Positions 1 to 9,470 of a stretch of DNA of 64,000 bases are shown in pieces. Each line of letters begins with the position of its first letter. The stretch's first letter is position 1. The stretch is taken from NCBI GenBank assembly GCA_965230925.1, contig OZ246403.1:68360-132359 (forward strand). The letters run 5' to 3'. The DNA comes from an uncultured Candidatus Saccharibacteria bacterium. Lineage in GTDB: Bacteria > Patescibacteriota > Minisyncoccia > Phycocordibacterales > JACOZG01. The translations under genes were made by a program, and so were the position numbers. The notes beneath the pieces were generated by a model. It made no database searches. It was given only the letters and a program-made list of their open reading frames with translations, and had not been told where the DNA came from.

Positions 1-1
1 C

Positions 2-460
2 ACGGGCAACTTTGACCACTTGAACGTTGGCGGCGTAGCGGTGATTCCTGGCGAACAACCACCCGGTCACCCTGGACCGACTGTACCCACAGCCTCTCTC
101 GTTGTTGAAGAGGGAAAGTACGCTGACGGCGATACGGTTAATGCCACCTTCACTCTGACCGCGCCCGCGAGTTCAAGTCGAGACTGGTTGATATCTTGTC
201 CATTCTTGAACCGGAACGTTTTCGAGCTTGACGATGGGGAAGAGGATGAACAGTCTCATGACGTGATGTTGGCAGCCGGGCAGACTCAGGAAAGTTTCGA
301 GTTCGAGTTTGAACTCGACCTCGCAAATGAAATCCTGGCGGGTGAAGTGGACCTGCAGTGTCGGGCATTCCAGCTCGATGATGAAGGTCACCCGATCAAC
401 GCGACAAATTGCACCGTCCAGTGCCCAAGCGCCGTTGCTTGGTTCGAGATCGAACCATAG
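2..460 (+). CDS. 5'-truncated acidic hypothetical protein, possibly a Calx-beta/Ig-like beta-sandwich
   Basis: Frame open from position 2; 'VVEEG...ATFTLTAPAS' resembles Calx-beta; followed by a terminator. Confidence 0.55.
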   Translation, partial: TGNFDHLNVGGVAVIPGEQPPGHPGPTVPTASLVVEEGKYADGDTVNATFTLTAPASSSRDWLISCPFLNRNVFELDDGEEDEQSHDVMLAAGQTQESFEFEFELDLANEILAGEVDLQCRAFQLDDEGHPINATNCTVQCPSAVAWFEIEP

Positions 461-491
461 AACTGGCCAAAAGCACCTTAGTTTGGAAAAT

Positions 492-531
492 AAAGACCCC
501 GTTGCTCAAAAGGCGACGGGGCTCTTCTTTT
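492..531 (+). terminator. Rho-independent terminator
   Basis: GACCCCGTTGCT-CAAA-AGGCGACGGGG hairpin followed by CTCTTCTTTT. Confidence 0.7.
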
Positions 532-652
532 ACCTGTCAGACTTGACAGGATTTACAGGGTATGCTAATAATAGGGGCAGACGGAAAAGGTGCGCAGTTC
601 AAATGTTGAATTTGTGGCTTATTTCCGAAGGTTTCCTGAGTGGGAGAATCTT

Positions 653-1300
653 ATGATTCGCACGGTATGTACATTGTTTTCGGTACTATTTCTTGGTTCA
701 ATGACGTTCTGGAGTGGAGGCTGCGGCGCAGTCGCAGAAGCGAGCGGAGACCAACAAGCGTTGGTTGAGAACACCGGCCAAGAGCAGGACTCGCCGCCGA
801 GTGACGAGCAAGGCCTTACCACCGAAAGTTCCGCCAAGGGCGGCTACGGGGAAGAGGAAGAGTTCGAGACCTCGGTCAACGATCTTGTTGCCGTCGATAA
901 TGAGAACGACGGTGATGGCAACGAGATTGCACAGCGCTGGGTTTACGCCCTACCGCTCGAGATCGATTATCGAACTAACGGCAACCTGCAGTGCGGATAC
1001 ACGTCGCAATACGTTCCGTACGAGGGGTTCGAAGTCTTTTCCCTGATCCTTGACGGCGGCGCATTTCCGGACGACACCGCAGACTATTGGGTTCGATGGA
1101 TTTTCCAAGACGGAAGCATTGAATCTGGTCGTTTGAGCGAAGTCCGCGCAATGCGAGTCAGCCTAGCCGAAGAAGGAATCATTCAGGTTTTCGTCAGCGA
1201 CGACATCAAGGCGAAGAGCGAAGACGAAATCGCTGAGTGGCAGCAACTAACCCTGGCCGAAATCTCGTATGAGAACTGGGGTTGGGGCGGCAAGGGCTGA
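653..1300 (+). CDS. Orphan putative lipoprotein, acidic
   Basis: GGGAGA SD before ATG 653; hydrophobic signal ending SGGC; downstream hairpin 1345-1390. Confidence 0.65.
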   Translation: MIRTVCTLFSVLFLGSMTFWSGGCGAVAEASGDQQALVENTGQEQDSPPSDEQGLTTESSAKGGYGEEEEFETSVNDLVAVDNENDGDGNEIAQRWVYALPLEIDYRTNGNLQCGYTSQYVPYEGFEVFSLILDGGAFPDDTADYWVRWIFQDGSIESGRLSEVRAMRVSLAEEGIIQVFVSDDIKAKSEDEIAEWQQLTLAEISYENWGWGGKG

Positions 1301-1415
1301 TATAACCAAGGTCCCCAATTCGTGAAATAGAACCAATTACACAAGATGCCCCCGACTGGCGAAAGCTAGCTCGGGGGTATTGTAATTTTTGGGCTGATGT
1401 GGTAGTCATATCTAT

Positions 1416-2642
1416 ATGCAATCGAAATTAAGAGCGTTTACGTCTCTCGGCCTTATTTTTAGCCTAATTTTGGCGGTTTTTCCTTTTAATATTAACCTCG
1501 CTCGAGCGGAAGATTTAACGGTTAATGTTACTTCCCCGGATGACGGAGCAAGTTTTGACATCGGAGAATCAATCAATTTCTCCTCGAGCTTTGGTGGCGG
1601 GGTTGCCCCGTTTGGCTTCGTTTGGGATTTCGGCGATGACACCAGCGCTTTGAGTCAAAATTATAGTAAAACCTATTCGGAAGCTGGTTCTTATACGGCC
1701 ACGATTACTGTTACTGATGCTTTAGAGAACCAAGCCACTGCTTCGGTTGATGTTACGATTAATGGCGCTGAAGAGGAGGATAATGAGGAAGAAGATAATG
1801 GAACTTTTGAAGTTAGCATTACTGCTCCAGCTAATAACTCCGAGCACAATGTTGGCAGTGCTATCAATTTTAACGCCAGCTTTACTGGTGGTGTTGCGCC
1901 CTTCGGTTTCGTGTGGAATTTTGGGGACAGTACAAGTGGGCTGAGTCAGAGTTACAGTAAAACTTATAATACGGCCGGTACTTACCCCGTAACAATTACA
2001 GTGACGGATGCTTTGGAACACCAGACAACTGATACCGTGAATGTGGTTATTGTGAACCAAAACGGTGGTGGTAATGGCAATACGCCGACCGTAGATATTA
2101 AAATTAATGGTCAAGATTCTTCGGTAATGATTGAGGAAGGAAACACCGCCACGGCCACTTGGACTTCAAGCAATGCCGATAATTGCAGTGCGACCGGCAA
2201 CTGGAGTGGTTCACGCCCCCTTTCTGGCAGCGAGACTATTCCGAACTACTTAACTCCTGGTGAATACCTTTACACCATGACTTGTTTCAATAGTCAGGGT
2301 AATACCCAAGATATGGTTACTTTGGTTGTGACTGGTGGTAACAATGGTGGTGGCAATGGGGGTAATGGAGGCAATAACGACGCTCTTACGATCAGCAATA
2401 TCCAAGTTTCTGATGTGACCTCTACTAGTGCGGTAATTAGCTGGACCACTAACTTGCCTTCTACGAGTCGTGTGATCTATGACACTACTTCTCACTCAAG
2501 CATTGGCGATGCACCAAATTACGGCTACGCCAACTCTACTGGTACTCAAGACACCAGCCCCAAGGTGACTTCACACCAAGTAACCGTTTCTGGTCTCTCA
2601 CCTTCTACCACCTACTACTTCCGCGTTATTTCTGAGAAATAA
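1416..2642 (+). CDS. Secreted/surface protein with two PKD domains, an Ig-like domain and a C-terminal FN3-like domain
   Basis: Signal peptide; two WDFGD/WNFGD...YxxAGxY PKD repeats; Gly/Asn linkers; 'SGLSPSTTYYFRV' FN3 end. Confidence 0.85.
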   Translation: MQSKLRAFTSLGLIFSLILAVFPFNINLARAEDLTVNVTSPDDGASFDIGESINFSSSFGGGVAPFGFVWDFGDDTSALSQNYSKTYSEAGSYTATITVTDALENQATASVDVTINGAEEEDNEEEDNGTFEVSITAPANNSEHNVGSAINFNASFTGGVAPFGFVWNFGDSTSGLSQSYSKTYNTAGTYPVTITVTDALEHQTTDTVNVVIVNQNGGGNGNTPTVDIKINGQDSSVMIEEGNTATATWTSSNADNCSATGNWSGSRPLSGSETIPNYLTPGEYLYTMTCFNSQGNTQDMVTLVVTGGNNGGGNGGNGGNNDALTISNIQVSDVTSTSAVISWTTNLPSTSRVIYDTTSHSSIGDAPNYGYANSTGTQDTSPKVTSHQVTVSGLSPSTTYYFRVISEK

Positions 2643-2656
2643 GCTATAATTCTTCG

Positions 2657-2740
2657 GTGGACACCGCCAAAGAATTCATTCTGATCCTCCTCATTTTTAC
2701 CATTATGGCGCTCTTGGTGGTGGCGCAAGTATTTTTCTAA
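2657..2740 (+). CDS. 27-aa single-TM micro-protein (MDTAKEFILILLIFTIMALLVVAQVFF)
   Basis: TATAAT 2645-2650 lies 6 nt before GTG; stop ends 1 nt before the murB GTG. Confidence 0.55.
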   Translation: MDTAKEFILILLIFTIMALLVVAQVFF

Positions 2741-2741
2741 C

Positions 2742-3656
2742 GTGCTTTCTGTGCAAAACAATGTGTCGATCGGGAACCTGACCACCTTTGGTGTGGGCGG
2801 CATTGCTCGGCGTTATGTGGCTGTTAATCAGGCTGATGATCTCGTTGAGGCTGTAAAATTGGCGAAGGAAAAAAGGTGGAAATATTTTGTTCTCGCTGGC
2901 GGGAGTAATGTGGTTTTTCCGGAGAAATATAGCGGTTTCGTGATCCACTATCGCTCGGATAAGCCGGAGATTAATGGTCTCACTGTTCAAGCGGGAACCA
3001 GTTTGATGGATTTTATTGATTACACGATCGAGCGCGGTTTTGTTGGGCTGGAAACACTGTCGGGAATTCCAGGCACCGTGGGCGGGGCGATTGTGGGCAA
3101 TGCGGGTGCGTATGGTCAAACAATTTCTGATAATTTGGTTAGGGTAAAAATTTTTAATGGGAAAAAAGTGGTTTGGCTGACCAGGCAAGAATGTAAATTT
3201 ACTTACCGCGAAAGTATTTTTAAGAAAAAAGGGAAACAAGATTGGCTGGTGCTTGAAGCCGAGTTTGATCTGAAACTGGGTAATAAGGCCGAGCTCAAAA
3301 GGAGGTCTCAAGAAATTATTGCCGTGCGCAATGAGCGTTATATACCAGGTCTCAAGTGCCCAGGGAGCTTTTTCAAAAATGTTCCAGCAGATAAGGTGTC
3401 AAAGAAAGTTCTTAAGCTTATTAATCCGGAAAAAATTAAGGGGGGCAAAATCCCAACTGGCTATCTTCTTGAAGAAATTGGCGCCAAAGGCCTTAAATTT
3501 GGCAATCTCGAGATCGCCGCTTTCCACGGCAACCTCATTATCAATAACGGCGGTGCCACAATGAAAGAAGTCAAAAAACTTTCCAACTTCCTCAAAACCC
3601 GCGTCCTCAAAAAGTTTGGTATTAAGCTCGAAGAAGAGGTGCGGTATGTGGGTTGA
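2742..3656 (+). CDS. murB: UDP-N-acetylenolpyruvoylglucosamine reductase
   Basis: GGSN, GIPGTVGGAIVGNAGAYG, GSFFKN, HGNLIIN, LEEEV motifs. Confidence 0.95.
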   Translation: MLSVQNNVSIGNLTTFGVGGIARRYVAVNQADDLVEAVKLAKEKRWKYFVLAGGSNVVFPEKYSGFVIHYRSDKPEINGLTVQAGTSLMDFIDYTIERGFVGLETLSGIPGTVGGAIVGNAGAYGQTISDNLVRVKIFNGKKVVWLTRQECKFTYRESIFKKKGKQDWLVLEAEFDLKLGNKAELKRRSQEIIAVRNERYIPGLKCPGSFFKNVPADKVSKKVLKLINPEKIKGGKIPTGYLLEEIGAKGLKFGNLEIAAFHGNLIINNGGATMKEVKKLSNFLKTRVLKKFGIKLEEEVRYVG

Positions 3657-3752
3657 TTTTTTCTTAAGTTTCTGTTAGTTTTTGACTTTAGGCCGTCGTT
3701 AAACGGCAACACGTAGTACATTTGTGCGCAGCACAGGAAAGGCTGGTGGTCT

Positions 3753-4466
3753 TTGACAACATCAGATAGGTATGTACTCCTAAAAATAGGGGCAGAAGGT
3801 CTAATGAGAGGCAACAACCCACTTGGTAATTTGTCTACCATTGGGCCCCTGCTAGCTGACATACTGGAAACTAAGCGGGATTTGAAATTAATCATTGTCC
3901 CAGGCGGTGGAAATATCGCCCGAGGTGAGCAGTTCGTGGGCGAATCTCACCGGAGACGTTATGCCGCCGATTATATCGGAATGATGGCTACGAACGTGAA
4001 TGCTATGGCGCTCGTTGAAGCAGGCGCGCTTCGTTCAGAACATCTCGGGTGGGCCTTTCTGACCTCCTTTGCTCCGCCTTACCCCGAAGCCCTATATCAC
4101 GTTGCCAAGGCCCGGGATCTCCTGTCCAGGAATAGGGTTTTGGTTCTTGGCGGCGGAACGGGCAATGTTGGTGTGACAACAGATACGGCGGCCGTGATGA
4201 GGGCAAGAGAGCTTGGTGCGGACCTTGTTGTTAAGGCAACGCCGGGAGTTGATGGGGTACTGAGTCAAGGTGAACCCAAAATACTTATCTCACGGATGAG
4301 TTATTCCCGTTTTCTCTCGGAGGGTTTCGATAAAATCTTGGATCGAGAGGCGGTGGTTGCCGCCCAGCGTGCTAAATTGCCGGTCAGAGTTTTTCGAAGC
4401 TCGGAGGAGAATCTGCGCGCAGTATTGAGCAATGACCAATCTCTTGGTACCCTTATCACCGATTGA
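3753..4466 (+). CDS. pyrH: Divergent uridylate kinase (amino-acid kinase family)
   Basis: LLKIGAE, GGGNIARG, DYIGMMAT, GTGN..TTDTAA, KAT..VDGV, GTLI; several canonical residues changed. Confidence 0.7.
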   Translation: MTTSDRYVLLKIGAEGLMRGNNPLGNLSTIGPLLADILETKRDLKLIIVPGGGNIARGEQFVGESHRRRYAADYIGMMATNVNAMALVEAGALRSEHLGWAFLTSFAPPYPEALYHVAKARDLLSRNRVLVLGGGTGNVGVTTDTAAVMRARELGADLVVKATPGVDGVLSQGEPKILISRMSYSRFLSEGFDKILDREAVVAAQRAKLPVRVFRSSEENLRAVLSNDQSLGTLITD

Positions 4467-4492
4467 GTAGGTGGGGGTTTCTGTGTTTTGTG

Positions 4493-4527
4493 AAAGGCTC
4501 GGACATACGTTCCGGGCCTTTTTCTTT
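4493..4527 (+). terminator. Rho-independent terminator
   Basis: AAAGGCTCGGA-CATACGT-TCCGGGCCTTT followed by a T-rich tract. Confidence 0.75.
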
Positions 4528-4558
4528 GTCCTTCAAAATGATAGGCTAAAAACACTTT

Positions 4559-5920
4559 ATGGAATGGAAACCGACGATTGGGCTCGAGATTCATGCGGAA
4601 CTTTCGACCAAAACGAAGATGTTTTGCCGGTGCAAGAATGAATCGGACCTGCCCGACACATCGGCGGGTGAAAAGCGGCCAAATGTAAATATTTGCCCGG
4701 TGTGCATGGCGCATCCGGGAACTTTGCCGGTGATTAATAAGGAGGCGGTGCGGCAAGTGTTGCGCGTGGGGCTCTCGCTTGACGGCGAGCTTGCTGATTT
4801 TACCGAGTTTGATCGTAAAAATTATTTTTACCCCGATATTCCGAAGGGTTATCAGATCACACAATATAAATTCCCACTTGTCTCGGGTGGTGTGCTCCGC
4901 GATGTGCGAATTCGTCGCGTACATCTTGAAGAAGATACGGCCAAGTCTCTCCACGATCCTAAATCGAATGCGAGTTTGGTTGATTTTAACCGCGCCGGTG
5001 TGCCGCTGATGGAACTCGTGACCGAACCAGATATTACGAGCGCTAAGCAGGCTGGGGATTTTGCTCGCGAATTGCAACTTCTTCTCTGGTACCTTGGTGC
5101 TTCAGAGGCCAATATGGAGAAAGGGGAAATGCGCGTGGAGGCCAATATCTCGCTCAATATGGGGACGAAAGTGGAGGTGAAAAACCTGAATTCATTCCGG
5201 AGCGTGGAAGGGGCAATTGATTATGAGCTCAAACGGCAACAAGAAGCCCTAGAGAAAGGCGAAAAGATTGTACAAGAAACACGCGGTTGGGATGAGGCGA
5301 AGCAAATTACTTTTTCTCAACGCGAGAAGGAGTCGGCGCATGATTATCGCTATTTCCCTGATCCTGATTTGCCGAAGTTGAAGATTGGCGAGATCGCCGA
5401 GTTTAAAAACCTGGAGAAAACTTTGCCAGAATTACCGTGGCAGAAGCGTGAGCGACTAGTGAAGCTCGGGATTAAAGTCGAAGATGCCGAGCAATATATT
5501 GCTGACTTTAAATTGGCAGAATTTTTTGATCTCGTAGAAAAAGAGTTGAAGGAACCGGCGCTCGTGAAAACTGCCTCTAATTTTATTGCCAATGACGTGG
5601 CGGGGAAAAGAAAGAAGGAACCCAGTTGGTTGCCAGACATTAAAATTTTTATCGAAGTGGTAAAAAAATATAGTGCCGGTGAATTACCTTCGCCACAAGC
5701 CAAGAGTTCAATCACAAGCGGGGTGATGACTGAAGTTGCCAGCGCTGATTCCTTAAATGAACTGGTAGAAAAAATTATTGCTGAAAATGCAAAAGTAGTT
5801 GGGGAGTATAAGGCGGGCAAAGCAGCGTCACTACAGTACTTAATCGGCCAAGGGATGAAGCTCTCGCGCGGAACCAGTAATCCACAGATTCTCGAAAAAC
5901 TCTTGCGCGCCAAATTGTAG
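4559..5920 (+). CDS. gatB: Asp/Glu-tRNA amidotransferase subunit B
   Basis: IGLEIH, DRKNYFYPD.PKGYQITQ, HLEEDT, DFNRAGVPLMELVTEP, YRYFPDPDLP. Confidence 0.97.
   Translation: MEWKPTIGLEIHAELSTKTKMFCRCKNESDLPDTSAGEKRPNVNICPVCMAHPGTLPVINKEAVRQVLRVGLSLDGELADFTEFDRKNYFYPDIPKGYQITQYKFPLVSGGVLRDVRIRRVHLEEDTAKSLHDPKSNASLVDFNRAGVPLMELVTEPDITSAKQAGDFARELQLLLWYLGASEANMEKGEMRVEANISLNMGTKVEVKNLNSFRSVEGAIDYELKRQQEALEKGEKIVQETRGWDEAKQITFSQREKESAHDYRYFPDPDLPKLKIGEIAEFKNLEKTLPELPWQKRERLVKLGIKVEDAEQYIADFKLAEFFDLVEKELKEPALVKTASNFIANDVAGKRKKEPSWLPDIKIFIEVVKKYSAGELPSPQAKSSITSGVMTEVASADSLNELVEKIIAENAKVVGEYKAGKAASLQYLIGQGMKLSRGTSNPQILEKLLRAKL
4648..4668 (+). repeat. 21-nt palindromic element in frame in gatB
   Basis: CCTGCCCGACACATCGGCGGG; CCTGCC...GGCGGG termini match the rpe element; encodes about LPDTSAG. 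Confidence 0.6.
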
Positions 5921-6021
5921 TTTGCTAAGATGTCTCCCAGACCCCGTTACTTGTTCTGGTTAGGGCCGGAACAAAAACAAAGTAATGGGCCAGCAGTCGT
6001 TCTTCTCATGGAGGTTCCAGG

Positions 6022-6441
6022 ATGAAGAAAGTGGTCGTTGCATCCCTATTCGCAATGATTGCGATGTGGTATGCAGGAGGAGAGTCTCGGGCGAACCCGA
6101 ACTCTTGTTGCCAGTGTCATCAGGCCATGGAGGCCCCCGTTGCTTTGCAACCGGTACCAATAACTGCATACGAGCAGTTGACGGTTCTGGTCGTGAACAA
6201 TGGGAACGGAAGTGGAGAAAAAGTCATCTTGCCCAACGATGCGTCGAACGATTTCGGCGCAACCGACAGGCAAGTTGCCCTACCGCCCCTTTCCGCCGCC
6301 AATGGTAATAATGACACTGGAAACTGGTTACTCGCTATTACGTCACGCCACTGCGTCGTGACCAGCGAGATCCGAGAGGGGGTGTTTCGCCTAATTTGGC
6401 GAGCACTCATCGTTTTGCCGCAGCAACGCGGCGATCCGTAG
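6022..6441 (+). CDS. Orphan secreted protein containing CCQCH
   Basis: GGAGG SD; signal peptide; terminator 6489-6527. Confidence 0.6.
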   Translation: MKKVVVASLFAMIAMWYAGGESRANPNSCCQCHQAMEAPVALQPVPITAYEQLTVLVVNNGNGSGEKVILPNDASNDFGATDRQVALPPLSAANGNNDTGNWLLAITSRHCVVTSEIREGVFRLIWRALIVLPQQRGDP

Positions 6442-6525
6442 ATAACTGTCTTCCTGAACACAACAACCTTTCCGTGGAATTCCTAAACAGCGGCCGAACG
6501 TCATGCGCGTTCGGCCGCTATCCTT

Positions 6526-6568
6526 TTATCCACAAATTGGTTGACTATAAATAATTCAGAGCTAAAAT
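6526..6568 (+). promoter_or_regulatory. DnaA box plus sigma70 promoter
   Basis: TTATCCACA 6526-6534; TTGACT 6541, 16-nt spacer, TAAAAT 6563. Confidence 0.6.
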
Positions 6569-6570
6569 AA

Positions 6571-6705
6571 GGTCTGCATTAGTAAGCGCCATTGAGGCGC
6601 TAGGTGGTCAGATGATCACCAGACCAAATGGAAACTCCGCACCCCGGCTTCTCCCACCGTCTTTTAATGACCACGAGAACTCGACGTGCGGAGTTCTTTG
6701 TTTTT
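6571..6705 (+). ncRNA. Candidate structured RNA or terminator/antiterminator leader
   Basis: Hairpins 6585-6601 and 6603-6620; AGAACTC/GAGTTCT terminator competes with 6633-6642/6686-6695 pairing. Confidence 0.35.
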
Positions 6706-6736
6706 ATTTTTCCTTTACCTTGTTAGAATATAGACA

Positions 6737-7756
6737 ATGAAAACTAAAGTTGGGATCAATGGCTTGGGGCGGATTGGTCGAGCGTTTCTTAAAATTGCGG
6801 TGAAGCGAGAGGAACTCGAGGTGGTAGCGGTGAATGATTTGGGCGACTTAGAAAATCTGGCCTATCTTATTAAGTACGATAGCGCGTATGGAAAGTTTGA
6901 TGGAGAAGTGCTTACTCGAAACGGCAAGCTGGTGGTGAACGGCAAAGAAATTACTTTTTGCCAAAAAAAAGAACCAAAAGAGCTTCCTTGGGGTCAGCTT
7001 GGGGTGGATGTTGTTGTCGAATCAACAGGCTTCTTCGAAACTTATGAGAAAGCGAGGGGTCACATTGATGCCGGAGCGCACAAGGTGGTGATCTCCGCGC
7101 CAGTGAAGGGTGACCCAGTGCCAGGTATCTCGGGCGCGACCGTTTTGATGGGGATTAATGAAGACAAGCTCGCAACCTGCCAAATTACCTCGAACGCTTC
7201 TTGCACTACGAACTCGGCGAGTCCGGTGATTCAGATTCTCCACGACGCGATTGGGATCGAGAAGGCCGTGCTCTCGACGGTGCACGCTTACACCGCAACG
7301 CAAAAAATTGTGGATACACCGGATGCTAAAGATTGGCGGAGAGGGCGAGCGGCCGCGGCTAACATTGTGCCAAGTACCACCGGCGCGGCAATTGCGGTCA
7401 CGGAGGCGATTCCGGCCTTAAAGGGTCTCTTCGACGGTATTGCTTTACGAGTGCCGGTGATTGCTGGTTCGGTGGCCGACATTACCTTTATTGCGCGCCG
7501 ACGAACCAGTGTGGAAGAAGTAAATAATATTCTCAAAAAAGCGGCGAGTGAGCCACGGTGGAAAAATATTTTTACCGCGAGCGAAGAACAGCTTGTCTCG
7601 TCAGACATTGTCGGCAACCCCTACGCCTCCATCGCCGACCTCGGCTTTACCAAGGTTGTTGGTGGTAATCTGGTTAAAGTTCTCGCCTGGTACGATAATG
7701 AAATGGGGTATACGCACGCCTTGGTGGAGCATGTGATTAAGGCGGGACGGAGTTAA
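6737..7756 (+). CDS. gap: Type I glyceraldehyde-3-phosphate dehydrogenase
   Basis: GINGLGRIGR, NASCTTN, WYDNE. Confidence 0.97.
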   Translation: MKTKVGINGLGRIGRAFLKIAVKREELEVVAVNDLGDLENLAYLIKYDSAYGKFDGEVLTRNGKLVVNGKEITFCQKKEPKELPWGQLGVDVVVESTGFFETYEKARGHIDAGAHKVVISAPVKGDPVPGISGATVLMGINEDKLATCQITSNASCTTNSASPVIQILHDAIGIEKAVLSTVHAYTATQKIVDTPDAKDWRRGRAAAANIVPSTTGAAIAVTEAIPALKGLFDGIALRVPVIAGSVADITFIARRRTSVEEVNNILKKAASEPRWKNIFTASEEQLVSSDIVGNPYASIADLGFTKVVGGNLVKVLAWYDNEMGYTHALVEHVIKAGRS

Positions 7757-7757
7757 T

Positions 7758-8228
7758 ATGAAAATCTATCTTGGTACCGATCATGCCGGTTTTGAACTTA
7801 AAGAAAAGTTAAAAGTGTGGCTGAAGGAGGAAGGTCATCAGGTTTTGGATGAAGGTGCTTTTGAGCTCGATCCTGAAGATGATTATCCAGATTTTATAAA
7901 AATTGTGGCGAAGCAAGTGGCGAGCGATGCGGGTAGCTTCGGAATTATCTTGGGGGGTTCGGGTCAAGGTGAGGCCATGGCGGCCAATAGGCATGCTGGC
8001 GTACGGGCAACTGTTTACTATGGGAATAAACCGGAGATTCTCAAACTCTCACGTCAGCATAATAATGCTAATATTCTTTCGCTTGGGGCGCGTTTTATCA
8101 CCGAGAGTGAGGCCAAGGAAGCGGTAGAAACCTGGCTCGAGACTGATTTTGTTGGCGAGGAGCGGCACGCGCGTCGCATTGCGAAATTAGATGAACAAGA
8201 ATCCGGTCAAGTGGCTCACGATTTTTAA
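7758..8228 (+). CDS. rpiB: Ribose-5-phosphate isomerase B
   Basis: DHAGFELK, DYPD, GGSGQGE, HNNANILSLGAR, RHARR. Confidence 0.95.
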   Translation: MKIYLGTDHAGFELKEKLKVWLKEEGHQVLDEGAFELDPEDDYPDFIKIVAKQVASDAGSFGIILGGSGQGEAMAANRHAGVRATVYYGNKPEILKLSRQHNNANILSLGARFITESEAKEAVETWLETDFVGEERHARRIAKLDEQESGQVAHDF

Positions 8229-8237
8229 ACTTTAAAC

Positions 8238-8903
8238 ATGGCAGAAATTATCCCGTCAATTATTGGCAAGAATTTTACTGAAGTAGCGTCGAAGATGGCG
8301 CAAATTAATGATTTGGTTAAGTGGATTCATTTTGATGTGGTAGACGGCAAGTTTGCGAAGCCGGCTAGTTGGCCTGCCCGCCATAGCTACGCTTCAGGCG
8401 TTGCAGGCGGGGCAATAGACGACATAGCTACGATTGGTAGCAAAGTTAAGATCGAAGCGCACCTCATGATCGAAGCGCCGGAAGAGGTGTTGCCCTTGTG
8501 GCTCGAGGTCGCCGACCGCGTGATTGTGCATTACGAGGCGACTCATAACTTAACCGAGATTCTCGATGTTATTGGTCTGCGCGTTAACGAAGCCGGTGTG
8601 GCGCTCCTGATGAGCACCGATCTCGATGTTCTCACGCCGCATATTGAGAAAATTGATGTGGTCCAACTCATGACCATCGACGAAATTGGCGAGTATGGTC
8701 ATTCATTTAGTTCTCGTGCCCTGGAGAGAATCCGCGCCTTGCGATCAAAATTTCCCAACGTAAAAATCTCTGTTGACGGTGGTATTAATATAGAAACGGG
8801 TAAGCAGGCGATCGAAGCGGGAGCAGACCAACTCGTTGTCGGTTCAGCGATTTGGGAAGCATCCGATCTGGCGAAGGTGATTGAGGAGTTTAAGAAGTTG
8901 TAA
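8238..8903 (+). CDS. rpe: Ribulose-phosphate 3-epimerase
   Basis: IPSI, HFDVVDG, HLMI, VDGGIN, VVGSAI; contains a 13-aa insert. Confidence 0.92.
   Translation: MAEIIPSIIGKNFTEVASKMAQINDLVKWIHFDVVDGKFAKPASWPARHSYASGVAGGAIDDIATIGSKVKIEAHLMIEAPEEVLPLWLEVADRVIVHYEATHNLTEILDVIGLRVNEAGVALLMSTDLDVLTPHIEKIDVVQLMTIDEIGEYGHSFSSRALERIRALRSKFPNVKISVDGGINIETGKQAIEAGADQLVVGSAIWEASDLAKVIEEFKKL
8373..8411 (+). repeat. 39-nt palindromic element in frame in rpe
   Basis: CCTGCCCGCCATAGCTACGCTTCAGGCGTTGCAGGCGGG encodes PARHSYASGVAGG; 35/40 identical to the reverse complement of 35329-35368. Confidence 0.85.
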
Positions 8904-8993
8904 GCAAAATTGACTTTTTGACTCGGGCGTGATAGTTAGAAGGTTGGTAAATTGTTCTCCAAAACGGCTTCAGACCACGAAAGGAGGTGATCG

Positions 8994-9470
8994 ATGAGTT
9001 GGAATACACGGCTTGTTTCTGATCAAGTGCTTATTGTCCCAGAAACTGATGGGACCAAGACTATCTTGGATGCGCGAGATGTTTTTCTGGCAGGGATTAG
9101 CTCTAATTTTCAGGAATGGGGTTGCTGCATCACAGGAACGCCAACACCACAGGTTCCAGCGGAAGCTCGTTTCTTAGTCGAAAGTGCAACATTTGAAGAA
9201 ATCTTCGACATAGAACTTGCTGGCCGGTTCTGGACTTCCACTGACCAAATCACGAAGTTTGTGACCTGCAACCGAAATTGGATGTGGGATGATCGGGGTG
9301 GTGACAAAGTATTTCCTCTCATAATTTGGGGGAAAAAGTTTATTGCCAGCGCTTACTATCGGGCTGACGGTCGGCTTGGAGCCCACCTCCTCGATTTTGT
9401 TAACGAGCGTGTTTGGCATTCCAGGCAACGCCGTCGGTTCATTGTTCCACAACCGGCTGTCGTTCAGTAG
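8994..9470 (+). CDS. Orphan hypothetical protein in its own SD/terminator cassette
   Basis: AAAGGAGGTGA SD; terminator 9496-9535. Confidence 0.7.
   Translation: MSWNTRLVSDQVLIVPETDGTKTILDARDVFLAGISSNFQEWGCCITGTPTPQVPAEARFLVESATFEEIFDIELAGRFWTSTDQITKFVTCNRNWMWDDRGGDKVFPLIIWGKKFIASAYYRADGRLGAHLLDFVNERVWHSRQRRRFIVPQPAVVQ

Noticed and set aside
1510-2055. Internal DNA repeat
   Set aside because: Explained by two tandem PKD domains, not a DGR or mobile repeat.
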